A stretch of DNA of 64,000 nt from a virus: IMG/VR virus record IMGVR_UViG_3300045988_164636, positions 32,001 to 96,000 of that record; one strand, written 5' to 3'. Below are positions 45,477 to 56,033 of this stretch, piece by piece. Positions within the stretch are counted from its first letter, which is position 1; every line of letters starts with the position of its first letter. Below the pieces are notes generated by a model. The model saw only the letters and a list, made by a program, of their open reading frames with translations, had not been told where the DNA came from and searched no databases. Made by a program: the position numbers and the translations under genes.

Positions 45477-48400
45477 ATGGAATACTTATCTCGTTTTGAG
45501 CCACACAGTCATACAACTTTTAGTAATATCCGATTACTTGATTGTATAAATTCGCCAGAAGCTCTTATAGATAGGGCGGTACAATTAGGTCTGAATGGAA
45601 TTGCAATAACAGACCATGAAAGCTTAGGTAGTGCAGTTATAATTAAGAAATATGAGAAGATTATTCAAGAAAGTAATCCTAATTTTAAGGTTGCTATTGG
45701 AGATGAAATTTACTTAACAAAAGATAGAAGAAATGGACAGAAATATTACCATTTTATTTTAATTGCAAAAAATGAAATAGGTTTTAGAGCTTTAAAAGAG
45801 ATTTCTTCTAAAGCGTGGTTAAATGGTTATACTGATAGAAGAATGTTCAGAGTTCCTATTACTTATGATGAATTAGAAAAAATAATTAAAAAGTTTCCTA
45901 ATTCAATTATGGCGACTACAGCTTGTTTAGGTGGACAGACTTCCTCAAAGTTATCTGAGCTAATTCAGGCAGAAAAGGCAGGAGATGAAGCAACTGCCGC
46001 AATTATTCACAATGAATTAGTAGACTTTATTTTATGGTGTAAAGAATTATTTGGAGAAGATTTTTATATTGAATGTGCGCCTGGTTGTTCCCATGAACAA
46101 ATTGAAGTAAATAAAAGATTAAAATCTCTTGCAGATTGTTTTAATTTGCCAATGGTTATAGGCACAGACGCCCACTTCCTTAAGAAAGAGGACAGATATG
46201 TTCATAAAGCATATTTAACTTCAAAGCCCGGAGATGGCAACAGAGAAGTAGATGCATTCTATGAATATGCTTATTTACAATCTAATGAAGAAATTATCAA
46301 TCATTTAAGTCAGTCAAATTTTTTAAGACAAGAAGTCTTACAGATGTTTGATAATAGTATAAAAATGTATGATAAGATTAAGAATTATGACATATTTAAA
46401 ACGCAGCAAATTCCGCCTGTGCCAGTTAAAGATTATCCCAAAACAGATTGGTTTAAAAATGAAGAGTTTGATTATCCAAATTTAAAAAATATGTTTACTT
46501 CTGATAATAAAGTTGAACGAAATTGGGTTAATCAATGTTGGACTGCTCTTAATGAAAAAATAGGTAATTGGAAAGAACATCGTAATTATGTAGAAGAATT
46601 AGAAGAAGAAGCAAGAGTAAAGAAGGTTATCAGTGGTAAGCTTCACAACAATATGTTTCAATATCCTATAACACTTCAATATTATATTGATATGATTTGG
46701 GAATGTGGAAGTACAATTGGTGCAGGAAGAGGATCTGCCTGTGCTGCATTAAATCATTATCTACTTGGAATTACTCAGCTAGATCCAGTAGAATATAATC
46801 TACCTTTTTTCCGTTATCTCAACGATGAACGTGAAGAACTTGGTGATATAGATATAGATTTAGCTCCTTCTAAAAGACCGACAATTATAAAGAAAATAAA
46901 AAATGAAAGACGACAGTATTTAAATCAAGATTTAGATGAAGAATTTTTAAAAGAATTAGGAGCTACTTTTGTAGCAACATATGGAACAGAAAATACCAAA
47001 TCTGCAATATTAGCTGGTTGTCGAGGATATAGAAGTGAAGATTATCCCGAAGGCATTATGCCAGAAGATGCACAATATTTATCTTCATTAATTCCAGTTG
47101 AAAGAGGTTTTAACTGGACATTAAAAGATGCTTATTACGGAAATAAAGAAAAAGGAAGATATTATGTCAAATTGTTTAGGGCGGAAATGGATAATTATCC
47201 TAGACTATTAGAAATAATTTCAGGTATTGAAAATATCATTAAGTCAAGAGGTATTCATGCTTCTGGAGTAGTATTTTTTGACGGAGATCCTTTTGAAACA
47301 ACTGCTTTTATGCGGGCACCAAGTGGTGAAGTAGTAACACAGTTTGATTTGCATGATGTAGAATACTGTGGCGGAACTAAATTCGATTTTCTTTTAACTA
47401 AGATACAAGATAAAATAACTACGTTTATAAATTTACTTCAGAAAGAAAAAATTATTGAAGAAGGTTCTTTAAGAGAAATTTATAATAAATATTTTCATCC
47501 CAGTAAACTTCCTCTCGACCGAGATAAGATTTGGACAGCAATCGAAAACAACGAGGTTCTTGATTTGTTTCAATTCGACTCGGATGTCGGCCGTCAAGCG
47601 GCTAAAAAAATTAAGCCTAAAACAATTATGGAATTATCAGATGCTAATGGACTTCTCCGCTTAATGCCAGAAGAAAAAAATGCAGAAACACCATTGGATA
47701 AGTATGTTAGATATAAAAATAACATTGGTCTTTGGTATAAAGAAATGGCAGATAATGGATTAACTAATGAGGAAATAAAATATATTGAGCCTTATTTTAA
47801 ATCGTCTTATGGTGTTCCACCTAGTCAAGAGCAAATGATGCTAATGCTAATGGATCCACATATATGTAATTTTACATTGAAAGCGGCAAATGCGGCACGC
47901 AAGATAGTAGCGAAGAAACAAATGGACAAAATACCAGAATTAAAGGAAAAAATTGAAAAGCAAGCCCTTTCTCCTAGTCTAGGTAAATACATATGGATGT
48001 ACGGTGTAACTCCCCAGCTAGGTTATTCATTTAGCGTCATACATGCGCTCGCATACTCGTTTATAGGCGTACAATGTGCATATTCCGCAACAAACTGGAA
48101 TCCTATTTTTTGGAATACCGCTTGTCTTATTGTGAATACAGATTCACTTGAAACAGATGATTGGGATGCAGAAGATGAAGATGAAGTAGTTGAAGTAAAA
48201 GAGAAAGCAAAAGATTATGGTAAATTAGCAACTGCAATTGGAGCAATTCGCTCAAGAGGTATAAAATTAAGTTTAATTGATATTAATAATTCAGATTATA
48301 CTTTTATTCCAGATGTTAAGAATAATGAGATTCTTTTTGGATTAAAAGGATGTAATAAGATTAATAACAATGTTATTGAACAAATTAAAGCGGGAAGACC

Positions 48401-49445
48401 TTATTCTAGTATAAAAGATTTTATGGTGAGATGTCCATTATCTAAACCTATTATGGTTTCACTTATTAAAGCAGGAGCATTTGATAAACTTGATTATGAG
48501 TGGGCTAGGAAAATTTGTTCAGAACCTCGTATTGCAATTATGGCTTACTATATTTCAATAATTAGTGAACCAAAAACTAATTTAACATTGCAGAACTTTA
48601 CGAGTTTAATGAAATATCATTTAATTCCAGATGAACTTGCAGAAACAAAGAAATTATTTGAATTTAACAAATATATAAAACAACTTAGTAAGAAAACAAA
48701 AGAATACTATATATTAGATAATGCAGCTTATAATTATTATAAGAAGTTTTATGATGAAGAATTACTTGAATCTTTTAATAATTCAATTTGTATAAAACAA
48801 AAAACTTGGGATAAGATTTATTCTTATGAAATGGATAAAGTAAGAGAATGGCTTAAAGAAAATAAAACACAAATTTTACAGCAGTTAAATAGCATATTGT
48901 TTAAACAAACTTGGGAAAAATATGCAAATAAAAATATTTCCGCTTGGGAAATGGAATCATTATGTTTCTATTATCATGATCATGAATTAGCTAATATTGA
49001 TTTTGAAAAATATGGTATTAGCGATTTTAACAATCTTAATGATAGAGAAATTAGTAGTTATTTTAAAAGAAATGGAAGAGAGATTCCGCTTTATAAAATA
49101 TCTACAATTGTTGGAACAGTTATTGCTAAAAATGATACAAAAGCAACAATTAATTTATTAACACCTACTGGTGTTGTTCCAGTAAAATTCGGCAAAGAGT
49201 ATTATTCAATGTTTAAAAAGAGAATTTCTCGTCTAAATCCAGAAACAAATAAAAAGCAAATAGTTGAAGAAGGATGGTTTAAAAAAGGTACTTTATTAAT
49301 GATTAATGGTTATCGCAGAGATGATACTTTTGTTAGTAAAACTTATAAGAACACCAATGCTCATCAGTTGTATAAGATTGTAAATGTTAAAGGACGAGAT
49401 ATTATTTTAACTCACGAAAGAGAAAAAGGAGAAGAAGATGAATAA
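45477..49445 (+). CDS. dnaE: DNA polymerase III alpha subunit (DnaE-type, with PHP domain)
   Basis: PHP FEPHSHTTFS...ITDHESL, palm/fingers GAGRGSACAALNHYLLGITQLDP, DIDIDL, GIHASGVV. Confidence 0.85.
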   Translation: MEYLSRFEPHSHTTFSNIRLLDCINSPEALIDRAVQLGLNGIAITDHESLGSAVIIKKYEKIIQESNPNFKVAIGDEIYLTKDRRNGQKYYHFILIAKNEIGFRALKEISSKAWLNGYTDRRMFRVPITYDELEKIIKKFPNSIMATTACLGGQTSSKLSELIQAEKAGDEATAAIIHNELVDFILWCKELFGEDFYIECAPGCSHEQIEVNKRLKSLADCFNLPMVIGTDAHFLKKEDRYVHKAYLTSKPGDGNREVDAFYEYAYLQSNEEIINHLSQSNFLRQEVLQMFDNSIKMYDKIKNYDIFKTQQIPPVPVKDYPKTDWFKNEEFDYPNLKNMFTSDNKVERNWVNQCWTALNEKIGNWKEHRNYVEELEEEARVKKVISGKLHNNMFQYPITLQYYIDMIWECGSTIGAGRGSACAALNHYLLGITQLDPVEYNLPFFRYLNDEREELGDIDIDLAPSKRPTIIKKIKNERRQYLNQDLDEEFLKELGATFVATYGTENTKSAILAGCRGYRSEDYPEGIMPEDAQYLSSLIPVERGFNWTLKDAYYGNKEKGRYYVKLFRAEMDNYPRLLEIISGIENIIKSRGIHASGVVFFDGDPFETTAFMRAPSGEVVTQFDLHDVEYCGGTKFDFLLTKIQDKITTFINLLQKEKIIEEGSLREIYNKYFHPSKLPLDRDKIWTAIENNEVLDLFQFDSDVGRQAAKKIKPKTIMELSDANGLLRLMPEEKNAETPLDKYVRYKNNIGLWYKEMADNGLTNEEIKYIEPYFKSSYGVPPSQEQMMLMLMDPHICNFTLKAANAARKIVAKKQMDKIPELKEKIEKQALSPSLGKYIWMYGVTPQLGYSFSVIHALAYSFIGVQCAYSATNWNPIFWNTACLIVNTDSLETDDWDAEDEDEVVEVKEKAKDYGKLATAIGAIRSRGIKLSLIDINNSDYTFIPDVKNNEILFGLKGCNKINNNVIEQIKAGRPYSSIKDFMVRCPLSKPIMVSLIKAGAFDKLDYEWARKICSEPRIAIMAYYISIISEPKTNLTLQNFTSLMKYHLIPDELAETKKLFEFNKYIKQLSKKTKEYYILDNAAYNYYKKFYDEELLESFNNSICIKQKTWDKIYSYEMDKVREWLKENKTQILQQLNSILFKQTWEKYANKNISAWEMESLCFYYHDHELANIDFEKYGISDFNNLNDREISSYFKRNGREIPLYKISTIVGTVIAKNDTKATINLLTPTGVVPVKFGKEYYSMFKKRISRLNPETNKKQIVEEGWFKKGTLLMINGYRRDDTFVSKTYKNTNAHQLYKIVNVKGRDIILTHEREKGEEDE

Positions 49446-50019
49446 AACAGTTTTAATTGCCTTATTTGGTGAAAGCGGAAGTGGCAAGGATACTGGGGTT
49501 AATTATTTAACCCATAACTATCCTTATCATAAAATTATATTAACCACATCCCGCCCAATAAGAGAAAATGAAACTCCTGATATTGATTATCATTATAACA
49601 CAACAGAAGAAATAATCTATAAAAATAATCAAAGTAAATTTTTAAATTTAGAGTGTTTTAATGGTTGGTTTTATGGCATTGAAAATTCTGAAATTTTAGA
49701 AAATCAAATTAATATAGGAGCCTTTTCAATTCAGTCGATTATAGATATTATGGAAGAAAGAGATGAAACTATTACTGTTATTCCTATTTATATCAAGACA
49801 AATGAAAAAGATAGACTTTTAAGAACCTTATGTAGAGAAGAAAATCCTAATTGCAGAGAAATTTGTCGAAGATTTTATAGTGATGCAGATGATTTTAGCA
49901 AAGTTTACTTTGATTATGACGTTGTAGAAAATCTTTCTTCTTATGATGAATTTTATAAAAATTTAATCAAAACTGTTAAATCATGCTTAGCGAATTATGA
50001 AATAAATATGGAGGAGTAA
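49438..50019 (+). CDS. guanylate-kinase-like dNMP kinase
   Basis: GESGSGKDT and TTSRPIRENETPDIDYHY. Confidence 0.65.
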   Translation: MNKTVLIALFGESGSGKDTGVNYLTHNYPYHKIILTTSRPIRENETPDIDYHYNTTEEIIYKNNQSKFLNLECFNGWFYGIENSEILENQINIGAFSIQSIIDIMEERDETITVIPIYIKTNEKDRLLRTLCREENPNCREICRRFYSDADDFSKVYFDYDVVENLSSYDEFYKNLIKTVKSCLANYEINMEE

Positions 50020-50021
50020 AA

Positions 50022-50228
50022 ATGATTTTATATTCAACAGGTTGTCCTAAATGTAATGTGTTAAAAAAGAAAATGGCGGCAGTTGGGATCAACTATACTG
50101 AGATCAATGATCCCGCCGCAATAAAAGAAAAAGGAATTGTATTTGTTCCTGTTCTTGAAGTCAATGATAAACTCTACAACTTCAAAGAAGCTGTAGATTA
50201 TATAAATAATTTAAATAAGGGTGATTAA
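50022..50228 (+). CDS. nrdH: glutaredoxin-like protein (NrdH-like)
   Basis: 68 aa with a CPKC redox motif and a VPVLEV segment. Confidence 0.6.
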   Translation: MILYSTGCPKCNVLKKKMAAVGINYTEINDPAAIKEKGIVFVPVLEVNDKLYNFKEAVDYINNLNKGD

Positions 50229-51519
50229 ATTGAACAAAAAAATTAAATTAAGTAAAAACTTTACTACTGAATTTAATAAACTTACAGAAGAATTAGGAGA
50301 AGAATTTGAATTAATAAATGGTTTTCATGAAACACAGTTAAATGGAACTGATTTTATTGATAATTTTACCGCAGACAACAAACCTGTTGCGGACACTACG
50401 ATTGATGCTAATGCTTCTGTAACAACTAAAGACATTCAGTCTTTATTAAAAGAAAAAGATAAATCTGAAAATAAGTTGCTTGCTTTTAATAAAATATTTT
50501 ATGAATTACAGAAGGAATATGGAATAAAAATTGCTAGAGAGTGGCTGGCTATGGAAATGGGTCCATTCTTATATATGCATGATGCACCTACATCTACGTT
50601 CTTCAGCTATTGCTTTGCGTACGATTTATCTAGATTAGCAACGGAAGGTCTATTTTTTATTGACAACTACAATAACGAGCCTCCTAAACATCTCCAAACA
50701 TTCTTAGACGACGTCATAGAATATATATCCTACATGTCGAACAGATCATCTGGGGCAGTAGGAATACCCGATATTCTTATCTGGATGTTTTACTTCTGGA
50801 AGCATGATGTAGAACAGAATTATTATTTAGTATCGCCAGAATATTACTTAAAACAAGCTTTTCAAAAATTAATTTATAGATTAAATCAAAAGTTCTATAG
50901 AGATCAAACTCAAACAGTATTTTCAAATATGAGTATTTTTGACAGTCTTTATCTTGAAGCTTTATTTGGCGGAAGAGAATATCCTGATGGTACATTTGTT
51001 ATCGATTATCTTGATGATATTATGAAAGTTCAGAAAATGTTTATGGACACAGTATCAGAAATTAGAAGCCAGAATCTATTCACATATCCAGTCTTGACGT
51101 TTTCTTTAATCTACCGTAACGGTCATTTCGAAGATGAAGAGTTCGCTAGGTGGGCTAGCAATCATAACCGCAAGTGGAATGATTCAAATTTCTTTATTAG
51201 CGAAAATCCCGGAGCTTTATCCAATTGTTGCCGGCTCATTTCAGACACTACACAATTAGATCCATTTATTAATTCAATAGGTGGAACAGCTTTATCAGTT
51301 GGTTCTGTAAAAGTTTCAACAATTAATCTTGAAGCTATTGCGTTTGAATATCCTAATAATGAAGATAAATTTATTGAAAAATTAAATAGAGTGCAATATA
51401 TTGATATGTGTGCTTTAGACAGGGTAAGACATATTATTCAAAGAAACATAGAAAAGAAACTTCTTCCTAACTTTATTGAAGGCGGGGTTGAAATGGATAA
51501 ACTATTTAATACAGTAGGT
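50221..51519 (+). CDS. nrdD: anaerobic ribonucleoside-triphosphate reductase NrdD, exon 1
   Basis: The class III RNR body ends at ...KLFNTVG. The read-through gives SI*. The start (GTG 50221 or TTG 50230) is uncertain. Confidence 0.75.
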
Positions 51520-52808
51520 TCAATCTAAAGAGCCTTATATTACTTAACCAATTTAAAATATTGGGGTCACAAGGGTGGCTAACGGGGAAAGCTAAGTTAA
51601 AAATATGCCAATCCCGTGGGAGGTTATTAAAAATGAATAGACATAATCATAAGAAAAAAGATATTTATATTATAAAAAATGATATTAACAATAAGGTTTA
51701 TATAGGACAAACTGTTAACCCTAAACAAAGATGGGAACAATATTGCTCTTTAGTAAAACATAAACCGAATACCCAAGTTATTACTAAAGCAATGAAAAAA
51801 TATGGTATTGAACATTTTACTATGTCAATCTTAGAAAATGATGTTGTAAATTATGATGAGAGGGAAAAATATTGGATACAAAAATATAATAGTCTTGTTC
51901 CAAATGGCTATAATGTAGCTATCGGTGGAGATGGAATAGGAAGTGGAGTTAATAATCCAATAGCAAAAGTAAAAAGTGAAGATGTTTTAATGGAATTAAT
52001 TGATGAAATAATTCAAAATGTTTTGCCTTTTAAAATTTTAGCAAAAAAATATGATTTATCTGAGGGACAAATTTCAGAAATTAATAGGGGAAAGGCATAT
52101 TATAATTCAGAATTAAGCTATCCTCTGCGACAATCAAGATACACAGAAGAAAAAATTAAACAATTAACATATTCTTTAAAATATGAACTTGATAAAAGTT
52201 TAAAACAAATAGCGAAAGAATATGAGATTGATTTATCTTATCTTAATGACATCAACCAAGGCAGAGTTTGGTATAGGAGCTATATAAATTACCCTATAAG
52301 ATTAGGAAAAATGAAAAAAGCTGAAATTATTCATCCTCAAATAAAAGAATTATTAAAAAACTCAACTCTCTCTCAAAAAGAAATCGCAAAAAAATTCAAT
52401 ATAAGTCAAATGGTGGTTAGTGAAATTAATCAAGGGAAAAAAGGATATGATAAAAACATTGATTATCCTATTAGAAAAAATTATCAAAAGGAAAGAAAAG
52501 AAACTACTTTATCTCCAGACATAATTGATGAAATTTGCAATATCATATTAAATACCAATCTTTCATTAAAAGAAATTTCAAAAAAATACGAAGTTTCATA
52601 TGCTACTATTCAGAATATAAATAGTGGAAAAGTAATAAAATATCGCAATGAAAAAAAATATAAATATCCTTTAAGAGATAATAGAAAATAACTGCCTGTA
52701 TCGACTATTCGTGGATAACGAAGTAGGTAAAATACCAAAAGAGTAATAGCATTAACAAGGGTTAGTGTTAAAAGATAGTCAGTACCATTAGAAATAATGG
52801 ATAATATG
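51520..52808 (+). mobile_element. group I intron 1 in nrdD (1289 nt) with a GIY-YIG homing-endonuclease ORF
   Basis: The 5' exon ends in U (ggt) and the intron ends in G (atg). It shares gctaacggggaaa, aatcccgtgg, ctgtatcgactat and agatagtcag with the gyrB intron. Splicing restores NTVG-FLGLYEV (compare E. coli LGYIGIHE). Confidence 0.8.
51633..52691 (+). CDS. GIY-YIG homing endonuclease with four tandem HTH-like DNA-binding repeats
   Basis: IYIIKNDINNKVYIGQTVNPKQRWEQY. Four repeats fit the pattern L..IAKKY.(I/L)S...(I/V)S.IN.G......YP(L/I)R. ATG 51633 follows gggagg. Confidence 0.8.
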   Translation: MNRHNHKKKDIYIIKNDINNKVYIGQTVNPKQRWEQYCSLVKHKPNTQVITKAMKKYGIEHFTMSILENDVVNYDEREKYWIQKYNSLVPNGYNVAIGGDGIGSGVNNPIAKVKSEDVLMELIDEIIQNVLPFKILAKKYDLSEGQISEINRGKAYYNSELSYPLRQSRYTEEKIKQLTYSLKYELDKSLKQIAKEYEIDLSYLNDINQGRVWYRSYINYPIRLGKMKKAEIIHPQIKELLKNSTLSQKEIAKKFNISQMVVSEINQGKKGYDKNIDYPIRKNYQKERKETTLSPDIIDEICNIILNTNLSLKEISKKYEVSYATIQNINSGKVIKYRNEKKYKYPLRDNRK

Positions 52809-52988
52809 TTTTTAGGTTTATATGAAGTAATGGATATTTATGGGTATATTAATGAAGATGAATTTGGCTATAAGAGTTATTCAGATAAAGGTATAGCCTT
52901 TGCTCAAAAAATATTTGACGCATTAAATAAAAATAAAGAGGTTTTCTGCGCAGACCGAGATTATAAGATAAACCTCGAATCCGTCCCT
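52809..52988 (+). CDS. nrdD: NrdD exon 2 (60 codons)
   Basis: FLGLYEVMDIYGY...KINLESVP is in frame with both neighbouring exons. Its length matches the corresponding E. coli NrdD segment as I remember it. Confidence 0.7.
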
Positions 52989-54203
52989 AAAAAATCTGGG
53001 GCTAAATAAATTAAAACTTATTTAGAAAATTCTCTCTAATTGACTTGGAACGCCCCATCGGGGTGGACAGGGCGGAAGGAGTTTTTCCACCGTGAACGAC
53101 TAAATGAGAGAACACCTGAAAAAGGTGATGCGATAGTCTGAGCTCTACCATATAAAGAAAGTAGAGAATGAAATTTAACGATTTCATCGCCATACAATAA
53201 ATACCACTCATTTGAAGAGTATAAAAAGAAAGGAAAACTATGAAAAATATTATTAAAAATGCCAGTGGCAAGCCCATTGGAACGGTTGAATTGACAGCAA
53301 ACACAATAAAAATAATGAATGATACTAAACCCGTTTTAGAAATTCAAAATTCTAACTTAGCTCAACAAATTATAAATAAAGATAATAGCCCAGAAATTTT
53401 AAAGATACTATATGATAATTATTTTTTATCTGCCGGAGAAATTGCAGCTTTATATGAAGTTTGTTATTCTAATATGAACAAACAACTTAAATCAGTTAGT
53501 TTAGAAACAAGTGCTAAACAGGGACGAAGAAATAGATCCTACGGGAAACCTCAGTCCGAAGAATGCTTAAGAAAAAAATCTGAAACAATGAAAAGAAAAG
53601 TTGCTAATGGCGAATATACTCCTCCAAATTATGAAAGAACGCCTGAAATAAAAGAAAAGATTTCTCGTGGACTAAAAGAATATTATAAAAATCATCCTCA
53701 AGATCCAACTCCTCATATAAATAATTGGAAAAAAGGAGTTTATGATAATGTAGATTTTCATATAAGTATTGGTGGGAAAATGTTTTCTATAAAAAATCAA
53801 AAAACATATAATTTTAGAAGTTTATTAGAATTATATTATATGTTGTTACTCGAAGATTCAACAGAAGTAGAATTTTATGAATATGAGCCTATACATATTA
53901 ATTGTGAAAATGGACATATATATACACCAGATATTCTAATTAATAATACAACTTTAATAGAATTAAAGTCATACAAATATATTCATAGTAAAGACGAAAT
54001 TTTAAATTCCTTTAATTATAAAAAAGAACAGGCTGAAAAATATTGTAAAAATACAGAAATGCAATATAAAGTAGTATTTGATATTGATATTGATTTTGAT
54101 TCTTCTCGATATAAAAGAGAACTAAAAAATCATCCTGAAATTATTGAAAAATATCACATTATTTTCAATCAGCCAGAACGTATGGTCATAAAGTAACAGA
54201 TTG
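52989..54203 (+). mobile_element. group I intron 2 in nrdD (1215 nt) with a 3'-located endonuclease ORF
   Basis: The 5' exon ends in U (cct) and the intron ends in G (ttg). The core precedes the ORF (ccccatcgggg hairpin; acgactaaa / gcgatagtct P7-like pair). Splicing gives LESVP-GESAAVKLAAKD (compare E. coli YGTPSESL). Confidence 0.75.
53240..54196 (+). CDS. intron-encoded endonuclease: NUMOD3-like motifs plus a C-terminal PD-(D/E)xK-like domain
   Basis: GRRNRSYGKPQSEECLRKKSETMK resembles NUMOD3. YTPDILI...LIELK gives a candidate D...E.K nuclease motif. RBS is aaagaaaggaaaac. Confidence 0.55.
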   Translation: MKNIIKNASGKPIGTVELTANTIKIMNDTKPVLEIQNSNLAQQIINKDNSPEILKILYDNYFLSAGEIAALYEVCYSNMNKQLKSVSLETSAKQGRRNRSYGKPQSEECLRKKSETMKRKVANGEYTPPNYERTPEIKEKISRGLKEYYKNHPQDPTPHINNWKKGVYDNVDFHISIGGKMFSIKNQKTYNFRSLLELYYMLLLEDSTEVEFYEYEPIHINCENGHIYTPDILINNTTLIELKSYKYIHSKDEILNSFNYKKEQAEKYCKNTEMQYKVVFDIDIDFDSSRYKRELKNHPEIIEKYHIIFNQPERMVIK

Positions 54204-54674
54204 GGAGAGTCGGCTGCAGTCAAACTCGCGGCAAAAGATAGATTATACTATGCTCATCCTAAATGTCACGAAATTTTAAGTAATCAGTGGATACCATTAA
54301 CAGAAAAATGTACAATAGAGGAAAAAGCAAGATTATCAGGATTATTTGATAAACGTTGCGGAGGCGGAGTTATTGCACATATTAACATAGAAAGCGAGTT
54401 CCCAACAGAAGAATCAGCTTGGAATATGTTAAATTATTTAGCTTCACATAATGTTATTTATTTTGCTTTCAATAGCAGAATAAATGAGTGTGCAAATCAT
54501 CATGGCTTTGTTGGAACTAAAATTTGTCCAGAGTGCGGAGGAGAGGTTATAGATACTTATCAGAGAATCGTGGGTTATTTAGTACCTACAAGATCTTATT
54601 CTGCCGCCCGCAAAAAAGAATTCGGTAAAAGGCAATGGTATAATATAGGAAATATGATAGATACGATAGGTTAA
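54204..54674 (+). CDS. nrdD: NrdD exon 3 (zinc ribbon and glycyl-radical domain)
   Basis: CANHHG...CPECGG Zn site and the glycyl-radical motif QRIVGYL. Confidence 0.8.
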   Translation, partial: GESAAVKLAAKDRLYYAHPKCHEILSNQWIPLTEKCTIEEKARLSGLFDKRCGGGVIAHINIESEFPTEESAWNMLNYLASHNVIYFAFNSRINECANHHGFVGTKICPECGGEVIDTYQRIVGYLVPTRSYSAARKKEFGKRQWYNIGNMIDTIG

Positions 54675-54676
54675 AT

Positions 54677-55147
54677 ATGAAGATTAGACAATTAATTATC
54701 GGGGATTTTATCAATTATAAAAAACCAAGTATGGTAATCGCAATGCCATATTGTAGTTTCAAATGCGAAAAAGAGTGCGGAATAGCTTGCTGTCAAAACA
54801 GCGAGCTAGCCACTGCCCCTCTTATAGAAACAGATGTTCAAACATTAATAAAATATTTTGATAAATCGGATATTTGTCAGGTAGTTGTTTTTGGTGGTTT
54901 AGAACCTTTTGATAGTTATGATGATTTATTCATCTTTATTAAAGAATTTAGAAAAAATCATACTAATGATATAGTTATCTATACAGGATATTATAAAAAT
55001 GAAATAATTGATAAAATTGAACCTCTTAAAAAATATCAAAATATTATTATAAAATATGGGCGTTTTATTCCTAATGAAAAAGAAAAATTTGATTCTATTT
55101 TAGGAATAAAATTAGCAAGTCCTAATCAATATGCGGAGGTATTATGA
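54677..55147 (+). CDS. nrdG: anaerobic RNR activating enzyme NrdG (radical SAM)
   Basis: 156 aa, the same size as T4 NrdG. Cys cluster YCSFKCEKECGIACCQN. It lies directly downstream of nrdD. Confidence 0.65.
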   Translation: MKIRQLIIGDFINYKKPSMVIAMPYCSFKCEKECGIACCQNSELATAPLIETDVQTLIKYFDKSDICQVVVFGGLEPFDSYDDLFIFIKEFRKNHTNDIVIYTGYYKNEIIDKIEPLKKYQNIIIKYGRFIPNEKEKFDSILGIKLASPNQYAEVL

Positions 55148-55743
55148 AATATATTTTAACTGATGATGTTGAAGTAAAAACGGAAATATTAGAAGGATTA
55201 AAAAAGAATAAAAAACAATATGGAGAAAGATATTGTCCTTGCGTCAATCCTTCTGAATATAATGAAGATTACATTTGTCCTTGTAAGGATTTTAGAGAAA
55301 ATGTTAAAGGCGGAGAACCTTGTCATTGTGGTTTATATATAAAAGAAAAAACAGAAGAAGAAAAAACTCATATGAACTTAGGTTCAATATATGATTATAA
55401 TAAATCTGTTTATGACAACTTTAAACCTTTAGATAGGATAATGTTAAATTTGAATCAAAATTTAGTTGATCATTTTATTGAAGATACTAAAAATAAATAT
55501 TATATGCTTCTCAATAGAGAAAATGCAGACTATACTATTTTTACAGTCGATTATACCAGACCTGCAAAAAGAAAATCTGCCGCAAAAATTCTTATTGATG
55601 AATGTATCTATAATAGAGGTCAAGCTATTGATATAAATTTAACAGAAGATAAAACAGCTATTGAAATTTGGCTTCGTAATGCGGAAAATGAAAATTTATG
55701 TTATTATTTCTTTCCTTATGATGCCGCAATAATTGAGGTGTGA
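55144..55743 (+). CDS. ferredoxin-thioredoxin-reductase-catalytic-subunit-like Cys-motif domain fused to an unknown C-terminal domain
   Basis: The N-terminal ~70 aa carry CPC-x16-CPC-x13-CHC (CPCVNPSEYNEDYICPCKDFRENVKGGEPCHCGLY). The remaining ~125 aa were not recognised. Confidence 0.5.
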   Translation: MKYILTDDVEVKTEILEGLKKNKKQYGERYCPCVNPSEYNEDYICPCKDFRENVKGGEPCHCGLYIKEKTEEEKTHMNLGSIYDYNKSVYDNFKPLDRIMLNLNQNLVDHFIEDTKNKYYMLLNRENADYTIFTVDYTRPAKRKSAAKILIDECIYNRGQAIDINLTEDKTAIEIWLRNAENENLCYYFFPYDAAIIEV

Positions 55744-56033
55744 GAATGAAAACTTTATTCTTTTTTATTAGTCCTTTTGTTTTGAATCAAAAAGCTGTAA
55801 TTGTAGATAGTGAAAATATAGAATATTATCAAGAAAAGCAATTTTCAATTACAGAACTAAAAGATATAGGATTAAATTTAATAAATAGTTATGATATAAA
55901 CAAGATTATCTTTAAAGGTCCTCTTAAATATACAAAGAGAATTTATAATGATTTTAAAGAAGAAGCAACTACTAAATATAATTATTCAAATATAGAATTT
56001 GAATTAAAAGGCGAAGAAGGAGAAACAATATGA
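55740..56033 (+). CDS. hypothetical protein
   Basis: 97-aa ORF with a GTG start overlapping the upstream stop. Confidence 0.4.
   Translation: MRMKTLFFFISPFVLNQKAVIVDSENIEYYQEKQFSITELKDIGLNLINSYDINKIIFKGPLKYTKRIYNDFKEEATTKYNYSNIEFELKGEEGETI

Noticed and set aside
55144-55743. Splitting the 199-aa ORF into two genes at the internal Met (THMNLGS).
   Set aside because: There is no stop codon between the parts and no RBS before the internal ATG. It is kept as one fusion ORF, but the domain boundary is noted.
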